From Actinomycetota bacterium (lineage in GTDB: Bacteria; Actinomycetota; Coriobacteriia; Anaerosomatales; PHET01), in contig JBBIJX010000004.1 in assembly GCA_037445775.1 (NCBI GenBank), forward strand, positions 1-63,418: a stretch of 63,418 nt of DNA, in the 5' to 3' direction. Of this stretch, positions 27,001-34,669 are shown piece after piece. How positions within the stretch are numbered: position 1 is the stretch's first letter; the number at the start of each line of letters is the position of its first letter. Below the pieces are notes generated by a model. The model made no database searches, was not told the DNA's origin, and worked only from the letters and a program-made list of their open reading frames with translations. The position numbers were made by a program, and so were the translations under genes.

Positions 27001-30000
27001 GAAGGCGCGAGGCGAGGCGTTCGATGGTTACGGCCTCACGCGGCGTGATGCCGAGGTCCCTCAGCTCGAGTTGCGAAGCGGTCCATGCCAGGTCTATGGC
27101 ACGCTGCGCGGCTGCGGCCTCGTGGTACTTCTCCGTCAGGCGCAGGGCCTCGTCCCGCGTGCGCGCGACACCCTTCGTGAACACGAGGCGAGCGGTCTCC
27201 CCGGGGCGTACCGTGAGGGCCCGCCGCATCGCACAGCAAGGATCGAGGACCGCTCCGTGCGTGTTGGGCAGACGCCCGCCGCGCTCGATAGCCACGGGGT
27301 TGGTGACGTTGCGCAACCGGCCGAGGAACGCCGCGCGGTCCGTCTCGTACGACCATTCGCACTCCTGCTGTTCACAGGCGAGCACGTGCAGACCCCACGC
27401 TCGTCGCTCATCGGCGCTCCGCGGCCGCCTCGAGAACAGCAGCGCGTGAGTCCCGGGCAGCGCCTCGGTCTCGATGAAGAGGTTCGAGAATGACTTGTGA
27501 GCCTGGTCAGCGGCTTGCGCGGTCAAGGCGATCTCGAAGTATGAAGTGACTTCCAGTGAGCGCTCCGTGAGCCCGTGGTTCGTGATGGCGAGGCGCCTCA
27601 CCTCGACGTCGTCCTCGGGGGACACGGCCGCTTCGACGTGCGTCTCGAGATCGCCGTCGAACCGGCGGTACTCCGCCTTGTCCGGCGCGAACGTCACGTG
27701 ATAGCGATCAGGGCGAGTGGGCATGGGGTTGTGCGGCGCCGAGAAGCACGTCCCGCTCGCCGCGTCGCGCACGTAGAAGAAGGTGCCCCAGCAGTCCCGT
27801 GTCACGTCCTCGCGGTAGCGGGTGACTGCGAGGTCGTTCCAGCGCGAGTAGCCACCGCCACCGTTCGTGACCATGACTGAGTAGACGCCGTTGGACAGGA
27901 AGTGGGTCGCGGGCACGGGGGTCTCGGCGAGCGGGTATGTGCGCGCGACGGGCGGCGGCAGTTCTCGCACTGAACGCACCTCGCGTACTTCCTCGACGTG
28001 CGGTTCCACGAGGACGATGTTGCGCGGTACGCGCTCCTGCAGGAGCAACTCGGCAGCGTTCACCATGGGATCGGCGTGGAACCGCCGCTGCATCACAGTG
28101 TCCGTGAGCGCATTGACGAGGGCCACGTAGCTCATCCCCTGGTGATGTGCGAAGTACGCGCGAACCACCGCGCGGCTCTGTCCGGCCGGTACGCGTCCCG
28201 CTGTGTAGTCGATCGACTCGTAGAAGCCGTAGCGGCCTTCGGCGCCTTGTGTCCGTAGCAATGCGAGATTGCCGAGTACCGCATCACGTGCGAACGGCAG
28301 CGCGAGGATCGAAGCGTACGGCGCCACGACGATGTCGTCCGACAGGCCGCGCTTGAGGCCGAGACCTGGAACGCCGAACGCCTGGTACTGGTAGGTGAGT
28401 TCGGCGTCTCTCGCGTTGAACGCACTCTCTGAGACGCCCCAAGGCACACCGCGTTCGGCGCCGTAAGCGATCTGCCGCACGACCACCGAGCGGTATGTCT
28501 CAGCGAGCAGGGTCTTGGGCCAGTCCCGCATGACGAGCACCGGCATCAGGTACTCGAACATCGATGCCGACCAGCTGACGAGCGCGCGACCCTTTCGCGT
28601 TCCCGTGAGCGCGCGCCCGAGCCGGAACCAGTGCTCTTGCGGGACGTCTCCCTTCGCGATGGCGAGGAAACTCGCAAGCCGGCACTCACTCGCTATGAGG
28701 TCGTAGAAGCTGTTGTCCAGCTTGCCCTCGGCTAGGTTGTAGCCGATCGAGAAGAGCTGGCGGTGCGGGTCGTAGAGCATGAGGAAGTCGGTGTGCTCCC
28801 ACATCTCGCGTGCGATGTCACCGTTGAGGCGCAGCCGTGCGAGGAGCTCGACTGCGTGCGGGCGAGCTTGACGAAACAGACCGAGAACCTCGCCTGACCA
28901 GCGCGCGACGTCGGCGTTCTGGTCTTCGCTTAGCTCGGCGAGCGCGAGCAGGGCGTCGGAGAGCCCCTCCGCGAGACCCACGAGGCTCGGGGTGTGTGCG
29001 AACAGCGGCTGCAGCGCAGGATGCTCGCGTACGGCGACCGGGGCATCGTCAAGGTGCGTCGCCCATGGCGCCAGGGTGCCCACCAGGGCGAGAGGTCGGC
29101 TGACGGCGCGCGCCGCGTCGTAGACCGACGCCCTGAGCGCCTCGAGCGGCGTGCCCGGTACCGGCGGCGCGGTGGCGTGTCGCACGTCGGGAGCGCCTGC
29201 GGCAGGCTCTGCATCAGCGGCTGGCTCTGCGAGTTCGTCGACTGCGGCGAGCGTGTCCTCGAAGGTGCGCTGTGCTCGCGTGAGCAAGGCGGACCACGAG
29301 CCCAAGTCGTGCGGGGGCGCCGACAGCGCGAGCGAGCGCTCGAGGGCCTCCAGGCACTCGTGGCACCGGCGCACGGCTTCGACCGGTCCGAGGTTCGGCT
29401 CGCCGGCCACGAGGTCCTCCAGCGCGAGGCGCACGCCGTCCCGGGCGCCGGCTATCACCTGCGGCCCGAGGAGCGGGGACTCGCTCGCCTCAAGGAGCCC
29501 GATGCGCAGCACGAGCAGGTGGCCCGCGAGGTTGCCCGAGTCGACAGTCGACACGTATGCAGGGTGGAGCGGACTCAAGGTGCGGATGTCGTACCAGTTG
29601 TAGAAGTGCCCGCGGAAGCGCTCGAGTCCGGCCAACGTCGACAGCGTTGCAGAGACGCGTTCGACCAGCCCGTCGAGTGTGATGTGTCCGAGGTCGTAGG
29701 CGCCAAGGTAGGTGAGCAGCTGCAGTCCGACGTTCGTGGGCGACGTGCGCCATGCCACGACGCCGCGCGGTTGCTCCTGGAAGTTGTCGGGCGCTAGGTG
29801 ATGGCCTTCTGCGGTGACGAAGGCGTCGAAGTAGCGCCATGTCGCGCGCGCGACGCGCCGCAGCGACTGCCGGTCCGGGTCGCTGAGGGCTTCGGTCTCC
29901 CGCACGGGAAGCGGTGTGGACAACCACCATGCGGCAAGTGGGGCGCTTGCCCACAACAACGCCAGCGGGAGTGCGGTCGCGGCGCGCGCGGGTTCGAGGT

Positions 30001-32896
30001 AGACCGCCGGAGCGAGGAGGGCGACAGAAGCCAGTGCCCCGGGCCCCATCGTGCGGTAGAACGTTCGCGCCGTGGTGCCCGCCCGCTTTTCCGCGTCTGC
30101 GGCGGTCTCCCACTCAAGGAGGCTCCGACGGCTGACGAACCGGCGCCAGAGCGCCCGGAATGCGGCATCGAGCGTAAGGTGAGCCTTGTGCGGGAGTGTC
30201 GCGAGTGCGAGCGTCTCGCGCCACACGCCAGCCCCGAGATCGCGCACGATCCCAGGCAGCGACGTCGACAACGGCACCGACCCCGGTCGCGACGCCAGCG
30301 CATCGAGGAAGGAGAAGAGGGCCGGGAACAGCACCACGAGGAAACCGGCGAGCGGCCACCAGAGGGCCTGCCCGGGAACTAGCACCCATCCCACCGTGAT
30401 GAAGAGAACCGTCGCCGGGGCTACCAGCGAGCGTCGCAGATTGTCGGTGAGCTTCCAGCGGTGCAAGAGACTCAGCGGGTTGGCTATCGCGGTGCCGTCC
30501 TCGGTGCGGATCGTCGCGCCAAGGTACGGGACCGTCTGCCAGTCACCTCGGATCCAGCGGTGCAGGCGCGAGGAGGAGGCGAGGTAGTTCGCCGGGTGGT
30601 CGTCGAGCACCTCGACGTCGCTCGCGAGCCCGGTGCGGACGAAACATCCCTCGAGCAGGTCGTGGCTGAGCAGGGTGCTCTCCGGGAACAGGCCTTCGAG
30701 CACGTGCGCGAAGACGTCGACCTCGAAGATTCCTTTGCCGGTGAATGAGCCCTCGCCGAACACGTCCTGGTAGGTGTCTGACACGGCGTTCGCGTACGGA
30801 TCGATCCCAGGCAACCCCGAGTAGAGGGCGGCGTAGCGGCTGCGCTCCGCGCCCGCGATCGTCATGCTCACGCGCGGCTGGACGAGGCCGTATCCTCGCG
30901 TGACGATTCGCCGTCCCGGCTCAAGCCGAGCGCGATTCAAGGGGTGCGCTATCGTGCAGATGAGCTTGCGGGCGTCGTCGAGCGGCAGGACGGTGTCGGC
31001 GTCGAGCGTGATGACGAACGCGCATGAGCGCCGGAATTCCTCGTCGCCGAGTTTCGTCGAGAACGTCGTCTCGGGCTCGCCGCGCATCTCGCGCACGAGT
31101 TCGACGAGTGCGCCGCGCTTGCGTTCCCAGCCCATCCATTCGCCTTCGCTGTCGCTGAAGGTCCGTCGGCGCATCAGCAGGTGGAAGGGTCGTCGCCCGT
31201 GCTCGGCCTCGTAGCGGGCGTTGAGCTCGGAGATCCCGCGCACGGCGGCCTCCAGGATCTGCTCGTCTGAGGCGAGAAGGGGCTGGGTGGCGCTCCGCAC
31301 GTCGCCAAGCAGCGTGAAGCCGACGTTGGAATCGCGATTCGCGAGGTAGGCCACCTCGAGGTTCGCGATCACATGCTGCGCGGTCTTTGAAGACGTCAGC
31401 AGCGCCGGAACGACCACGAGAGTGCGGTGGTCGTCTGTCACGGGGACGCGGTGGTCTAGCTTTGGCAACGTCCGCGCGGCGAACGTGAACGAACAGACCC
31501 TGTTGAGCAGGGTGATCGCGATCTCTGAGACCGGCAGCACTCCCAGCAGCACGAGGAGGGCGGTCTGCTCGGGCGAAGCTCCGGCGACGAGCGCCGTCAA
31601 CGCAAGGCCGGCGATCAACACCGCCTCCGTGACGACGAGCGTGCCCCAGTAGAAGAGCCCCCGGTTTCTGAGCGGCCCCCGGAACAGCCGCTCCCGGGTC
31701 AGCGGGTTGTAGCCGACAAGCCCCTCGAGTTCGTAGCGCCCGCCGGAAATGAGCCACCAGCCCACGTGTCCTCGCACCGCGTCGGCCGGGTCGGCGACGA
31801 TCGCGCCGCGAGCGAGCGCGACCACCGTCTCGGCGAGTTCGATCTCCGACTTCGGGCAGCGGCGCGCCATGAGCTCAAGCGCATGACGGTAGCGGTCTCG
31901 GCTCGCGAAGTCCATCGCTGCGTAGGTGTGCGACGGATCCCTGCGCAGGATCTCTTCGACGAGCGAGACGCGCTCGAAGAAGGTGCGCCACTCGAGCGCG
32001 TCGAGGAATCTGATAGAGGTGATCGCGTTGGCGATGGAGACTTGGTTCGCAGCTTGGGCGAGCTGTTGAGCTACTGCGGTGGACTCGAACGAGATGCCGG
32101 TTGATGCGAGCCAGCGCTCGGTCCAGATACTGACCGCCTCGGGCATGGGCTCGAGGTCCGCAAGGCGCTGTGCAAGGCGGACGTAGAAGGACGGATGGGC
32201 GTCTGACGCTTCGGCCTCAAGACGGGCGAGCAGCGAAGTCAGCGTCTCGGGTGCGTCCTGCGACGCAAGGAGGAGGCGTTCTGCCCACGTGTCGGCGGCG
32301 CGTTCGGCGCGCATCGTCGAGACGACCGAGCGCGACAGGCGCCTGAGGTTCTCGACGATCGCGATCCGGAGCATGATCGGGATCGCCCAGACCTCGCCCA
32401 TAGCGAGCGCCGCGACGTCCTGATAGCCCGCGACAAAGCTGATGAGACGCTCCTCATCTATGCGCGAGTCCGTATGGGCGACGAGGCCGAGCAGGGCCTC
32501 GTAGATGCGTGGGAAGCCCGCATGCTCGCCGCTGGTCAGGTGTGGAAGCTCGGCGCCGTAGCCTGCGGGCAGGTCCTCATGGACGATGAGCACCTGTTCT
32601 TCGATCAGGTAGTAGTTGTCGAGCAGCCACTCGCCCGCAGGAGGAGCTCCTACTCCTGAGCGCACCGCGCTGGACAGCTCCGCGTTGTCCTCGGCGAGCC
32701 ACGTCGCCGCGCGCTCGATGAGTCCTGTGAGCGGGGTTGAGCGGCCGTGCGGCTCGGCGCTGTAGTGCTGCAGCGCCGCGACGCCGCGGGCTTCGTCGGA
32801 CAGGCGGTCCGCGGTGAGGATCTCCGCGCGCAGCGGCGGTTCGTCGGCGGGCGACGACGTGTTGCGACGGTGCGCGGTGGCGTTCGGGTCGGCCAT
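24071..32896 (-). CDS. Cyclic beta-1,2-glucan synthase-like giant enzyme (N-terminal TM/GT84 glycosyltransferase + C-terminal GH94 glucan phosphorylase-like domains)
   Basis: Single 2941-aa ORF. GT motifs are FVITLDADTVLP, GLVQPRV, LSHDLLEG and HRWIRGDWQ. The C-terminal GH94-type motif is PLMGGGDWNDGMNRVG. The size and order match Cgs/NdvB/ChvB enzymes. RBS is GAGAGGAG before ATG 32896. Confidence 0.85.
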   Translation of the reverse strand: MADPNATAHRRNTSSPADEPPLRAEILTADRLSDEARGVAALQHYSAEPHGRSTPLTGLIERAATWLAEDNAELSSAVRSGVGAPPAGEWLLDNYYLIEEQVLIVHEDLPAGYGAELPHLTSGEHAGFPRIYEALLGLVAHTDSRIDEERLISFVAGYQDVAALAMGEVWAIPIMLRIAIVENLRRLSRSVVSTMRAERAADTWAERLLLASQDAPETLTSLLARLEAEASDAHPSFYVRLAQRLADLEPMPEAVSIWTERWLASTGISFESTAVAQQLAQAANQVSIANAITSIRFLDALEWRTFFERVSLVEEILRRDPSHTYAAMDFASRDRYRHALELMARRCPKSEIELAETVVALARGAIVADPADAVRGHVGWWLISGGRYELEGLVGYNPLTRERLFRGPLRNRGLFYWGTLVVTEAVLIAGLALTALVAGASPEQTALLVLLGVLPVSEIAITLLNRVCSFTFAARTLPKLDHRVPVTDDHRTLVVVPALLTSSKTAQHVIANLEVAYLANRDSNVGFTLLGDVRSATQPLLASDEQILEAAVRGISELNARYEAEHGRRPFHLLMRRRTFSDSEGEWMGWERKRGALVELVREMRGEPETTFSTKLGDEEFRRSCAFVITLDADTVLPLDDARKLICTIAHPLNRARLEPGRRIVTRGYGLVQPRVSMTIAGAERSRYAALYSGLPGIDPYANAVSDTYQDVFGEGSFTGKGIFEVDVFAHVLEGLFPESTLLSHDLLEGCFVRTGLASDVEVLDDHPANYLASSSRLHRWIRGDWQTVPYLGATIRTEDGTAIANPLSLLHRWKLTDNLRRSLVAPATVLFITVGWVLVPGQALWWPLAGFLVVLFPALFSFLDALASRPGSVPLSTSLPGIVRDLGAGVWRETLALATLPHKAHLTLDAAFRALWRRFVSRRSLLEWETAADAEKRAGTTARTFYRTMGPGALASVALLAPAVYLEPARAATALPLALLWASAPLAAWWLSTPLPVRETEALSDPDRQSLRRVARATWRYFDAFVTAEGHHLAPDNFQEQPRGVVAWRTSPTNVGLQLLTYLGAYDLGHITLDGLVERVSATLSTLAGLERFRGHFYNWYDIRTLSPLHPAYVSTVDSGNLAGHLLVLRIGLLEASESPLLGPQVIAGARDGVRLALEDLVAGEPNLGPVEAVRRCHECLEALERSLALSAPPHDLGSWSALLTRAQRTFEDTLAAVDELAEPAADAEPAAGAPDVRHATAPPVPGTPLEALRASVYDAARAVSRPLALVGTLAPWATHLDDAPVAVREHPALQPLFAHTPSLVGLAEGLSDALLALAELSEDQNADVARWSGEVLGLFRQARPHAVELLARLRLNGDIAREMWEHTDFLMLYDPHRQLFSIGYNLAEGKLDNSFYDLIASECRLASFLAIAKGDVPQEHWFRLGRALTGTRKGRALVSWSASMFEYLMPVLVMRDWPKTLLAETYRSVVVRQIAYGAERGVPWGVSESAFNARDAELTYQYQAFGVPGLGLKRGLSDDIVVAPYASILALPFARDAVLGNLALLRTQGAEGRYGFYESIDYTAGRVPAGQSRAVVRAYFAHHQGMSYVALVNALTDTVMQRRFHADPMVNAAELLLQERVPRNIVLVEPHVEEVREVRSVRELPPPVARTYPLAETPVPATHFLSNGVYSVMVTNGGGGYSRWNDLAVTRYREDVTRDCWGTFFYVRDAASGTCFSAPHNPMPTRPDRYHVTFAPDKAEYRRFDGDLETHVEAAVSPEDDVEVRRLAITNHGLTERSLEVTSYFEIALTAQAADQAHKSFSNLFIETEALPGTHALLFSRRPRSADERRAWGLHVLACEQQECEWSYETDRAAFLGRLRNVTNPVAIERGGRLPNTHGAVLDPCCAMRRALTVRPGETARLVFTKGVARTRDEALRLTEKYHEAAAAQRAIDLAWTASQLELRDLGITPREAVTIERLASRLLLTDPHSPLKIKTPVENGLRIDGLWSIGISGDHPILLVRVDEIEHAPLVRQALLAHQYWRHKGLVSDLVILNTKPSAYASELEDRLRLLVRTGHALQMLDKPGGVYVRRADQMHPDVLNLLLTVARACLDGGTSLELQLNRRGELLATTDAFVPSRSPESWPAPPFARPELACDNGLGGFDAATREYVIVLEGEDATPAPWIDVLANPLFGAIVSEAGIGCTWALNSHENRITTWNNDPVSDGSGEMLYVRDEETGEFWSPTPLPVRTPEPYVIRHGRGGVRFEHTTRGIAHILDWFVAADDPVRVCRLKLTNLSGRQRRLSVTQLVEWVLGDSRSKAQHLVVTWFDAEDAILTAHNHFNFDFPGRCAFLACDRPLHSWTASRTEFLGRNGRAADPDAMHRTGLAGASGRFHDNCGALRTDVTLAPGASVEVSFLLGQTATLDECREIVARYRRPAAVDKALADARGFWDDLLGVVEVDTPDDRLDLLMNGHLLYQVTACRLWGRTATYQSSGAYGFRDQLQDVLALLVARPDLVREQIVEASRHQFPEGDVLHWWQPLSGRGVRTHITDDRHWLPLVVAEYLETTGDASVLDEVTAFIDGPALASDAEDAYLQPATSEQAATVYEHCIRALETGRTVGEHGLPLMGGGDWNDGMNRVGHEGRGESVWLGWFLAYTLARFAVVCESRGDADRARDYRAWASGLGASIEATSWDGAWYRRAYFDDGTPLGSRDSEECRIDAVVQAWATISGLADPENAQVALDSVEEKLVRREDGLIALLTPPFDRMEHDPGYIKGYVPGVRENGGQYTHAALWVVLAYLLRGDGDAGAALLDLINPIRHTLDRTGVERYKVEPYVVAADVYAVAPHTGRGGWTWYTGSASWFYRVALHHLLGFRIVATSSGSRLVIDPCIPKRWTGFSLTYRHGATVYRIRVDNPRGVNRGVARISVDGLVHEGDGGVPLVENGLDHDVVVTMLSA

Positions 32897-33008
32897 GGGC
32901 TCCTCTCAGGACGCGGCGAGAGTCCCTGTTGGTGAGCGGGTTGCTGTGGAACAGGAGTAGGGTGATTATCCCCGAGAGGGACCCGGAGCGTGACCGCTTG
33001 TCGGCGGC

Positions 33009-33024
33009 ATACCCCATGGGGTAT
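33009..33024. promoter_or_regulatory. Perfect 16-bp palindrome ATACCCCATGGGGTAT (CsoR/RcnR-family-like operator) in a divergent promoter region
   Basis: Read directly. The right arm overlaps the TATATT -10-like hexamer (33022..33027) upstream of ATG 33061. Confidence 0.55.
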
Positions 33025-33060
33025 ATTGAGACTCTGATCGGGCGGATGCGAGGAGCGTGC

Positions 33061-33762
33061 ATGAAGCCGAAGAACGTGGTTCTGGTCGTTGTCCTGGTCG
33101 TGGCGGCGATCTTCGTCGCCTGGAACCTCTCGCGCCCGGCTGGCGGTACCGGGGTCTCCAACGTCGACGCCGCGGGAGCGGCCGCGGCAATCAAGCAGGG
33201 TGCCCAGGTGGTCGACGTGCGCTCGCCCGCCGAGTTCGAGCTCGGGCGCATCCCCGGCGCCATCAACGTCCCCATCGAGACGGTGGAGAGCCGGGTGGGG
33301 AGCTGGGACAAGGACCGCCTCTACCTCATCTACTGCGCCACCGGAGCCCGATCGCAGACCGCGCTTGAGATCGTGAAGGCGCAGGGGTTCACGAATATCC
33401 GCCACTTCGCGGCGGGCATCCAGGCGTGGCCCGGCGAGCTCGAGAAGGGCGCCGCGACGTCGTCGCAGCAGATTCCCACGGCCGGCAAGCCGGTCTTTCT
33501 GGAGTTCTACACGGACAGTTGACCCGCCTGCAAGGAGATGGAGCCTGTGGTCGACAGGCTGAAACAGCGCTACGGCGATGACGTGGAGTTCCGCATCCTC
33601 AACGTCGAGACCGACACCGACGCGCGCGCGCTCGCGGCTTCGCTCGGCGTGACCGGGGTACCGACGTTCTTCTTCGTCAACAGCGATGGCGTGCAGGCCG
33701 GCCAGATCGTCGGTGGAGCCACCGAGACGCAGCTCGCATCCATGATCGAGCAGTTGCAGTAG
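33061..33762 (+). CDS. Membrane-anchored rhodanese-thioredoxin fusion, candidate selenoprotein (Sec encoded by TGA 33520..33522)
   Basis: AGGAG lies 5 nt before ATG 33061 and MKPKNVVLVVVLVVAAIFVAW is a TM anchor. The rhodanese active-site loop is IYCATGARS. ORF 33538..33762 is in frame with the TGA. Read-through gives KPVFLEFYTDS-U-PACK...GVPTFFFV, a thioredoxin fold with UxxC. A SECIS-like hairpin lies downstream. Confidence 0.7.
33542..33560 (+). promoter_or_regulatory. SECIS-like hairpin (AGCCUGU-GGUCG-ACAGGCU) downstream of in-frame UGA
   Basis: Perfect 7-bp stem with a 5-nt loop beginning GGU. The loop starts 26 nt after the UGA. Confidence 0.6.
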
Positions 33763-34424
33763 AGATGCGAAGGCTGCGAAGGCGAAGGCCTCCAAGGCTT
33801 CGGCAGTATGGCGGTTTGTATGCGGGTGCGGCGTGGGAATAGTCATAGCAGGCGGGGATCGCCTCGCCGCAGTCGGCATGCGAAAGGAGACACCTTCGAG
33901 GTGGATGCAACCTGCATAGCCGAACATCCGGCCGGGATGGCAGAGTAAGGCCCTCGTGCGCGCTATCTGAGAGACAGTTCTTTGCGAGTTGAGTGCGCTG
34001 GTTGTCTGTGAAGGTTGGACGAGGCGTCCGTAGGACAGACGCCCCTGGTGTGTGAGTACTCGATCCGAGGTCGCCGAGGGTCAGGCATAAGCCCGCAGCG
34101 GTACGGGGATGCGAGCGCACGGACAGAAGCGTTCAAGAGGCCCCGAGGATAGCCCTTTGGAGGGGCAGCACGGGCGAAGCGAAGGCCATCCCGGTCACCC
34201 AGCTCTTGAGACCGGCGCAGCGGCGCCGGTGCGCGAGGAAGGCGGGCGCAGAGGCGGCCCGCCTTCTCTCACGAACCCGGCTTGCGCATATTGCGGCTCG
34301 CGGCCGGGCCTTTGGACGGAGCCCGCGTTTCGGGCCGATGCCGGAAGCATCGCGGAGCCCGCGTTTCGGGCGGGTGTCCGGGACGCGAGTTCTGCGTGAA
34401 GAGCGTATGGCTCGGGGTAACCGC

Positions 34425-34453
34425 TGGAACGTGCGGGACGCCGCTGCTAGAAT
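34425..34453 (+). promoter_or_regulatory. Candidate promoter of tRNA-Ala
   Basis: TGGAAC (34425..34430), a 17-nt spacer, then TAGAAT (34448..34453), 10 nt before the tRNA 5' end. Confidence 0.5.
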
Positions 34454-34463
34454 CCTCGCGCAC

Positions 34464-34539
34464 GGGGACGTAGCTCAGCTGGGAGAGCGCGGGCTTTGCA
34501 AGCCTGAGGTCGTGGGTTCGAGCCCCATCGTCTCCACCA
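34464..34539 (+). tRNA. tRNA-Ala (anticodon UGC)
   Basis: Acceptor GGGGACG/CGTCTCC with the G3:U70 Ala identity pair. Anticodon loop CTTTGCAAG, T-arm GGGTTCGAGCCCC. Discriminator is A and CCA is encoded. Confidence 0.93.
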
Positions 34540-34669
34540 AGAGAATCACGCGAGGGGCCGGCCGATACGCCGGTCCTTCGCTGTTGAGCGACGTGTGTCG
34601 CTGTAGTCGGGAGTACTCACCCGCAACCGCACGGGGTGCCGCCATAGGCCGCCGCGAATCACCCCGTCG

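Noticed and set aside
33520-33522. TGA read as an ordinary stop separating two genes, or as a pseudogenising nonsense mutation
   Set aside because: This is considered less likely. The stop falls exactly on the catalytic Cys position of an otherwise intact thioredoxin fold, and the downstream frame is fully preserved. A SECIS-like hairpin lies at the expected distance. It remains the null hypothesis until sel genes are confirmed.
34081-34140. tmRNA (ssrA), suggested by GGCATAAGCC...GCGCACGGACAGAAGCGTTCAAGAGG, which resembles the 3' part of actinobacterial tmRNA
   Set aside because: There is no tRNA-like acceptor/T-arm (GGTTCGA.TCC...CCACCA) downstream and no 5' GGGG...TTCGAC start. There is also no plausible tag reading frame ending in hydrophobic-Ala-Ala.
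34273-34283. RNase P RNA (rnpB), suggested by the exact CR-V core GAACCCGGCTT
   Set aside because: The obligatory P4 5' strand/CR-I (GAGGAAAGUCCGG or any AAG(N)CCGGG partner) is absent within 600 nt upstream. The other conserved regions (GGUAAGGGUGAAA etc.) are not present. It is kept only as an unexplained motif inside the structured tract.
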